A program made the translations under genes and the position numbers. A stretch of 51,122 nucleotides of DNA from NCBI GenBank assembly GCA_004431415.1, contig QPMI01000433.1, positions 1 through 51,122 on the forward strand. Direction: 5' to 3'. Origin of the DNA: Cyanophora paradoxa CCMP329 (taxonomy: Eukaryota; Plantae; Glaucophyta). The notes beneath the pieces were generated by a model. The model was given only the letters and a program-made list of their open reading frames with translations, was not told the origin of the DNA and ran no database searches. Numbering within the stretch: the stretch's first letter is position 1; the number at the start of each line of letters is the position of its first letter. Below are positions 46,072 through 51,122 of this stretch, piece after piece.

Positions 46072-47457
46072 CTAGCTAGTTTTGGTCCTTTCTCTTAGTG
46101 TTCTTTGAGGTTTAGGGGCTGTATATGACTCCTTAGTAGTCTGAAAGTCACTATACCATCTCTGGCTATTCACTTCTGAAAGTTTCTGTGTCCCTGCTAT
46201 AGTGAGCTTTTTGAGTTCCCTGTTAACTTTCCCAGCCTTCTCCTTTCTAGCCTCTATCAAAGGCTTATCTGGGACTTCATTAGCAGCTTCTATGCCTTCT
46301 CTCCTTATAGCAGCATCAACCTTGGCTTCCTCTTTGGCTTGCTCTAATGCATCCACTGTAGGTGTTTCCAGATACTCAACTGAATTCACAGGTAACAGCT
46401 CATGGAAAGCAAACCTGTTTTCTATGATCTCACCAGTGGGACTCCTTAGCTTAAACTTAAAGCCTTCCCTACTATCAACAGTGTAAACCATCCTAGACCA
46501 ATTGTTACCCTGTTTAGCAAAGGCATTTTTCTCAACTTTCACTCTAACAAACATGCCTGGCTGCATGGTATCAAGGTAAGCTATTGATTTCTTGAATCTT
46601 TCATCTTCTAATCCCACTATATACCTATAATGCTCCTCTGTAGTTTCGCCTGGCTTCATCTTAGTAGCTGAGTGAACTGTATTATTGTAATTATACTCAA
46701 TATCTCCTAACACATCAAAGAATCTAGCTGTGTTATTGGCTATGCAGTAGTTTGTGATCAATCTCTTAATCTGCTTGTTAAAGGCTTCAATTCGACCTTG
46801 GCTTCTATGGTCAGCAGTTCCACTCACTTGGTGTTCTATGAATTTACTAGATAAATACTCCTGGAATATTCGATTTTGGAACTCACTCCCAGCATCTGAT
46901 TGAACTTTTACTATGGGTCTTGCTACTCTCATCTCAAGCTGTTTAAATGCAGCTAATGTAGTGAGAGCTGATTTATCCCTTATAGGTATGATATACCCAG
47001 TTCTCAGTGTTGATTCCATTGCAGTCATAAATGTATCATAGCCATTGTTTTGTTTCTTATAAGCTGGGAAAAAGAGCAAATCAATCACATAGGTATCAAG
47101 GGGTTGCCTTATTGGGACCATGGGATCTCTCTTCCTAGATATAGCAGGTGCATTGATCTGAACTACCTCTTGCTTTTTATAGAACTCTTGCAACTGCTTA
47201 TAGGATTCATCTGGTAACTCAGCCCTCATAGCTTGAAGCCCTTTGTAACCAGTTCTCACATCATAGAATCTCTTGGCAATCTTACTGGTTTCTTTCACTG
47301 CAATAGCAACTGGGATCTCTACTGGGACAAGCTCTTTCATCTCAGACTTTTTAACAATTCGAGATTCCCCCTTTTCTTCCTTTGGAACTGTGATGGGCAG
47401 TAGGTTACCTTGCAGTTGCTCAGTGGTTCTCCTAACTATTCTTCCAGTTGCTGGCAT
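46072..47457 (-). CDS. Retroviral-type (rve) DDE integrase, Polinton-like
   Basis: 461 aa; YVIDLLFF (D), VQSDAGSEF (D), GRIEAFNKQIK (E), YNNTVHSATKMKP, and C-terminal VRV..FAK..NWS..GEIIENRF..EL segment typical of Polinton integrases. Confidence 0.92.
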   Translation of the reverse strand: MPATGRIVRRTTEQLQGNLLPITVPKEEKGESRIVKKSEMKELVPVEIPVAIAVKETSKIAKRFYDVRTGYKGLQAMRAELPDESYKQLQEFYKKQEVVQINAPAISRKRDPMVPIRQPLDTYVIDLLFFPAYKKQNNGYDTFMTAMESTLRTGYIIPIRDKSALTTLAAFKQLEMRVARPIVKVQSDAGSEFQNRIFQEYLSSKFIEHQVSGTADHRSQGRIEAFNKQIKRLITNYCIANNTARFFDVLGDIEYNYNNTVHSATKMKPGETTEEHYRYIVGLEDERFKKSIAYLDTMQPGMFVRVKVEKNAFAKQGNNWSRMVYTVDSREGFKFKLRSPTGEIIENRFAFHELLPVNSVEYLETPTVDALEQAKEEAKVDAAIRREGIEAANEVPDKPLIEARKEKAGKVNRELKKLTIAGTQKLSEVNSQRWYSDFQTTKESYTAPKPQRTLRERTKTS

Positions 47458-47460
47458 CTC

Positions 47461-49872
47461 TTAATTAAAAGGAACAGAATTAATACCATCTGGTAAGATG
47501 TATCTCTTTGCATCAAAGCAGTTTAGGGCAACCCTTCTACTCACAGTATCTATTATTGTGTGATCTGCCCTTCTCTTCTGCTTTGCAGTCACAGTCTTGC
47601 TGATACCTGCAAATAAACACTCCTTAAAATCATTGAATTGGAGTTCCTCAGTGGAAGTCCCAGATAGCTTACTTCTCTCAATCTCAGCTGTTCTGAAACT
47701 GTAAACTTTGGCTCTCAGACCCACATACTCCAATATAGCAGAACCTGGCATCTCATTTTTGTATTTACCTGGGGTCATTCTTGAATCACCTCCAAGGTCC
47801 AAAGAATAAGCAATATTCTCTATATCTTTTGCAATGGTCTTAGATTCAATATATAGACAGAAGGAGTCAGTATCATGGAATAGTAACTTGGCTTTGGACC
47901 ATTGGGACCTCACAGTATCATAGAAGAACTTGTAGTTATGCAGTTTGGCAGCATCCAAAACATAAGCCCCAATAGCAACTGGCTTATCTAGTTTCACATG
48001 CTTTGTGTAAAACTCAAATGCAACTGCCCTTTCACCTATGGGACTTGTTGATTTCACTAAAGGAGAGGCTGCATATTTCATAAATAGCTTCTCAGTGTTG
48101 GCAATCTTAACCACAGATCTACCTCTACATGATTCAATGCATTTCCCATAGATTGAATTATTCATGAGTTTATAGAAATCAGCCTCGAATTTATTCACTG
48201 CTTTCCTTCTCATCTCAGTATTCAGCTCAATGTAGGGTTTCATTACAGGAGCCACAGTAAATGAGAGGACCCTGTGGACTTTACTCAATTTCACCCCTTT
48301 GTCCAACAGATACTGTAGAAGAGGCTCAGAAATCACATAGTTTGTCACAGAACCAAAGGTTGCAGTTAGCTTAGGGGTCTTATCAAGCTCTTCTCCTGAA
48401 AGATCCAACAGGCTCTTTTGATATTGTGATAATTCCGCATATTCTACTATTTTCTTGTTAATAATTAGGGGGAAATCACTGTGGTCTAGATATAGCCTTA
48501 TTGGGTATTCCAGATCAACTTCCAGGAAACTGGATCTGTTATCTTGTGGGTTGAATTCGGTCTCCCATCTAAAATCACCAACTGGAATTGGCTGACTCAA
48601 ACAGTAGCCATACAAGTTGTTAGCATCAAACAGCATAATGTGGGAGTTCTCACCATCAGCCTCAGCATACCTACAAGGCATTGTTGCAAAGCCACCCCTG
48701 ATTCCCCTCTCAACAAATTCGTATTGCTCTACATCACTTATAAGCTCTATTTTTGCCTCGGTGGTCCTAAGCATAGCATCCCAAGATAACCCAGGTGCAG
48801 ATACATAATGAACTGGGTCAAGTCCATATACTGAGTGTGAAAGCCTTCTGAAGGCTTGGAATTTGTTCATTAACTCATCTACATCAGCAGCTCCAAAATC
48901 CATGAAATTGCTTGCATCAATGAACTTGTAAAGACCCCATTGCAATGAAAGGTATTGATCAAAGTTTTTCGAAAGGATTTCGATTCGCTTTTTATCACCC
49001 ATGCCTGCTATTTTTCTGAAAATGAATGTCCCACAGTCATCCATTTGGTCAACAACCACTGCTACTTTTGTTTGCTTTGAGATTCTCCTATGGAGATTGC
49101 AGTTTCTGCATGCAGGAGCAATATAATGACCTGTGTGGTGATCATGATCCCTGCATTTGAAGTTCTCTTTGGTGAACCTCTCACTGCAAAGGTAACAGTG
49201 TTTAGTAGCCTTGTAAATTGCTTTCTGCTCATCTGTGAGTTCATTCATGGGAATATTGGTAAACAGGAAGTCAATTAGCTCTCTTGCTTTGGATTCCAAG
49301 CATTCAAACAGACCTCCCATTGGATCCTGCCCCTCAAATCGAAACTCCTGAACATCTGCCCCAGTGACTATTCTTATGTTGACTGCTGAGACTTCTCTCT
49401 TGGATTTTGATGCATCAATGGGGATGCTTCTATGTTCAATCTTGCAGTATACCACAACAGGAAGCCACACAGTTTTCCTGAGGTTTTTCAGTCCAAACTC
49501 TATGGTGGTCTCAGGTTTAGGTGTGATTCCCTTTGAGAGTCTCCAATCAATGCATCTGTTTGAGTCCACATGAGCAGTGAGTTTAGCCTCAGACCTGAAT
49601 CGAGATAAACATGTATCACAGTAGTGTAACTTTTGATCCTTGGTTTTATCAAGGGCAACTCTGAGAAGTCTTGAAAGGGACATGATTGTAATATAGTGAC
49701 CATTCCCTTCATCATCATGAATGAGCATGAGATTAACCTTTTGCTTTCTACCTGGGTTACTGGATTGATGTAGGGGATATATAACATCTCGATCCATTCC
49801 AAATATGTTTATGCTGATGCCTGCATTTTGAGATTCGAATTTATCAATGATAGCAGCCACCAGTTGGAGCAT
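47461..49872 (-). CDS. Protein-primed family B DNA polymerase (pPolB)
   Basis: 803 aa; FDANNLYG, KLMNNSIYGK, FHDTDS, GLRAKVYS, YGLDP..SAPGLSWDAML, GIRGG; C2H2-like HYCDTCLSRF..LTAH; EndoVII-like CYLC..RDHDHHTG..ACRNCN. Confidence 0.92.
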   Translation of the reverse strand: MLQLVAAIIDKFESQNAGISINIFGMDRDVIYPLHQSSNPGRKQKVNLMLIHDDEGNGHYITIMSLSRLLRVALDKTKDQKLHYCDTCLSRFRSEAKLTAHVDSNRCIDWRLSKGITPKPETTIEFGLKNLRKTVWLPVVVYCKIEHRSIPIDASKSKREVSAVNIRIVTGADVQEFRFEGQDPMGGLFECLESKARELIDFLFTNIPMNELTDEQKAIYKATKHCYLCSERFTKENFKCRDHDHHTGHYIAPACRNCNLHRRISKQTKVAVVVDQMDDCGTFIFRKIAGMGDKKRIEILSKNFDQYLSLQWGLYKFIDASNFMDFGAADVDELMNKFQAFRRLSHSVYGLDPVHYVSAPGLSWDAMLRTTEAKIELISDVEQYEFVERGIRGGFATMPCRYAEADGENSHIMLFDANNLYGYCLSQPIPVGDFRWETEFNPQDNRSSFLEVDLEYPIRLYLDHSDFPLIINKKIVEYAELSQYQKSLLDLSGEELDKTPKLTATFGSVTNYVISEPLLQYLLDKGVKLSKVHRVLSFTVAPVMKPYIELNTEMRRKAVNKFEADFYKLMNNSIYGKCIESCRGRSVVKIANTEKLFMKYAASPLVKSTSPIGERAVAFEFYTKHVKLDKPVAIGAYVLDAAKLHNYKFFYDTVRSQWSKAKLLFHDTDSFCLYIESKTIAKDIENIAYSLDLGGDSRMTPGKYKNEMPGSAILEYVGLRAKVYSFRTAEIERSKLSGTSTEELQFNDFKECLFAGISKTVTAKQKRRADHTIIDTVSRRVALNCFDAKRYILPDGINSVPFN

Positions 49873-50473
49873 AACTCATAATAGCCACTCTGAGCATTTC
49901 GATTCTCTCAAGTCGATAGCTATCAACAACATTCATCTGTTCCTGACACATTTGGGCTGCTTTATTCAGCTCAGTTCGAATATTTCTCGATTTGGTTAAT
50001 ACAAAATAATCACTGTAAATGTATTTCGATATCCAAACCTGTGGATTGCTGACTTTAACGAACTTGCAGATAAAAGATAAGCGAACTTTGATTGCCCTGA
50101 ATTGATATAGACTGTCTCTTAAACGTTTTGGAAGAGAGGTTGCAATTCTATCTAAATATTCAATCACATCTACCACAACTTCCCTTCTGGCTCTGTATGT
50201 GAGCCAGCGATATAATTCATTCATGGCTGTTCCATCTTCTGCCTCTGGTTCTATTTGCCTCAGGCGATCGAGTTCATCAAGAGTCTCAACTTTGTCATAG
50301 AGGTTATTGGCTTTTCTGGTTAATTTTGCTAAAGTGGGTCTGCCCCTTGAAATAAATCCGATTTCCCGGTCATATTCAGCCTCTGTGATTTCATGGGCTG
50401 CATACAGTGTTCCCAGTAATCCCATGAGTTCCCATTTCTTCTCTCTAATGAGTCTGTTGCTAATTCGGGGCAT
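49844..50473 (-). CDS. Putative terminal-protein region resembling the N-terminus of Polinton pPolB polyproteins
   Basis: 209 aa; IKVRLSFICKFVK..YIYS..LERIEMLRVAIMSYAPTGGCY resembles the segment that precedes the OTU-like region in Polinton pPolBs; overlaps the pPolB start by 29 nt. Confidence 0.6.
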   Translation of the reverse strand: MPRISNRLIREKKWELMGLLGTLYAAHEITEAEYDREIGFISRGRPTLAKLTRKANNLYDKVETLDELDRLRQIEPEAEDGTAMNELYRWLTYRARREVVVDVIEYLDRIATSLPKRLRDSLYQFRAIKVRLSFICKFVKVSNPQVWISKYIYSDYFVLTKSRNIRTELNKAAQMCQEQMNVVDSYRLERIEMLRVAIMSYAPTGGCYH

Positions 50474-50507
50474 TGTTCCTAACTTGTTCCTACTCTCAAT
50501 AAATATT

Positions 50508-50825
50508 TTATTCTGAGATGTTCTGAACGCGATTTTCTAGTTTCTTTCGCAATTTGGCTTTGTAATGCATTGGATTATGTGATCCATTTTTTGTCCATAC
50601 ATTTGGGTTTTTGTGATACTGTTTAAGGGCGTTAATTAAGTTTTTCTCTGTTTGTAATCGCAAACAATCAATATCTTTGGAGGAAAGCTGTGACATTTGA
50701 TACCCATCACATTTGCTTTGGCATTTGATGATTTTGTCTATAAGAGCTGGTATATCCTTCAAATCATCTTTTTCGAAATGTTTGTTTTCAATCATTGAAC
50801 TCATTCTGGTAGTCCAGTTTGCCAT
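50508..50825 (-). CDS. Hypothetical 105-aa protein of the element
   Basis: ATG-initiated ORF, co-oriented with and 34 nt from the next ORF. Confidence 0.55.
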   Translation of the reverse strand: MANWTTRMSSMIENKHFEKDDLKDIPALIDKIIKCQSKCDGYQMSQLSSKDIDCLRLQTEKNLINALKQYHKNPNVWTKNGSHNPMHYKAKLRKKLENRVQNISE

Positions 50826-50868
50826 TTTGTACTGTTTACTATTATAAGAATGTATTTGTTTTAAATCC

Positions 50869-51029
50869 TCAGGCAGAATTCGATTGTCAGGCAGCTGATT
50901 CAGCTAACATTAAGAAACTCTGTCACTTTTTGCAAGTCAGTGTTCGCAAAAACAATGAAACCATGAACTTATAAAAGTTAAATAGAAAGGTGCCTGACAG
51001 TGCCTGACAGTGCCTGACAGTGCCTGACA
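50869..51029. promoter_or_regulatory. TGCCTGACA motif module, second copy (first at 44878-45058)
   Basis: (GTGCCTGACA)x4 at 50990-51029 with inverted tcaggca/tgtcaggca copies upstream; lies directly 5' of the minus-strand gene cassette. Confidence 0.5.
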
Positions 51030-51122
51030 AGCTCTTTAACAATCATCATCATCCTCATCAATAAACTCTCTTGTATTTTCCGAAATCAGTTTTACACACT
51101 TGTAACCTCTATCATATACTTT

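Larger units (their letters stand above)
44575..51122 (-). mobile_element. Polinton/Maverick-like (endogenous virus-like) element, one end only; continues beyond the window
   Basis: Abrupt switch to AT-rich, intron-free, tightly packed ORFs encoding an rve integrase and protein-primed PolB, with ~1.5 kb repeat-rich non-coding terminus. Boundary uncertain (TGTAAC at 44575 or AG at 44581). No capsid or ATPase gene in the window. Confidence 0.85.

Noticed and set aside
44804-46098. Short + strand ORFs in the element terminus
   Set aside because: Low-complexity, repeat-derived composition with no motifs; region treated as non-coding.

Overview
Eukaryotic nuclear DNA from a very GC-rich, flagellated, probably photosynthetic protist. 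It has short introns, flagellar genes RSPH9 and CFAP206, and two genes starting with MxxF plastid-transit-like peptides, which suggests a glaucophyte-like alga (inference only). Many single-base frameshifts in conserved genes point to long-read assembly errors, so gene coordinates are approximate. Layout: (1) 1-14.5 kb, two divergent ankyrin-repeat genes separated by a nest of MITEs and apparent excision footprints. (2) 15-27.7 kb, ordinary host genes (TPR protein, NAXE, RSPH9, LRR protein, p23, CFAP206). (3) About 32-44.5 kb, an accessory island containing a spliced RAG1/Transib-like DDE transposase (all catalytic and Zn-binding residues recognisable) lying tail-to-tail with an unknown partner gene, plus RSS-heptamer-like CACNGTG motifs and orphan ORFs. 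(4) About 44.6 kb to the window end, an AT-rich, CpG-depleted Polinton/Maverick-like element with an rve integrase and a compact protein-primed PolB. The PolB appears to have lost its proofreading motifs, and its terminal-protein region is split off where the OTU-like protease core is missing. All homology calls are motif recognition by eye and need database confirmation.
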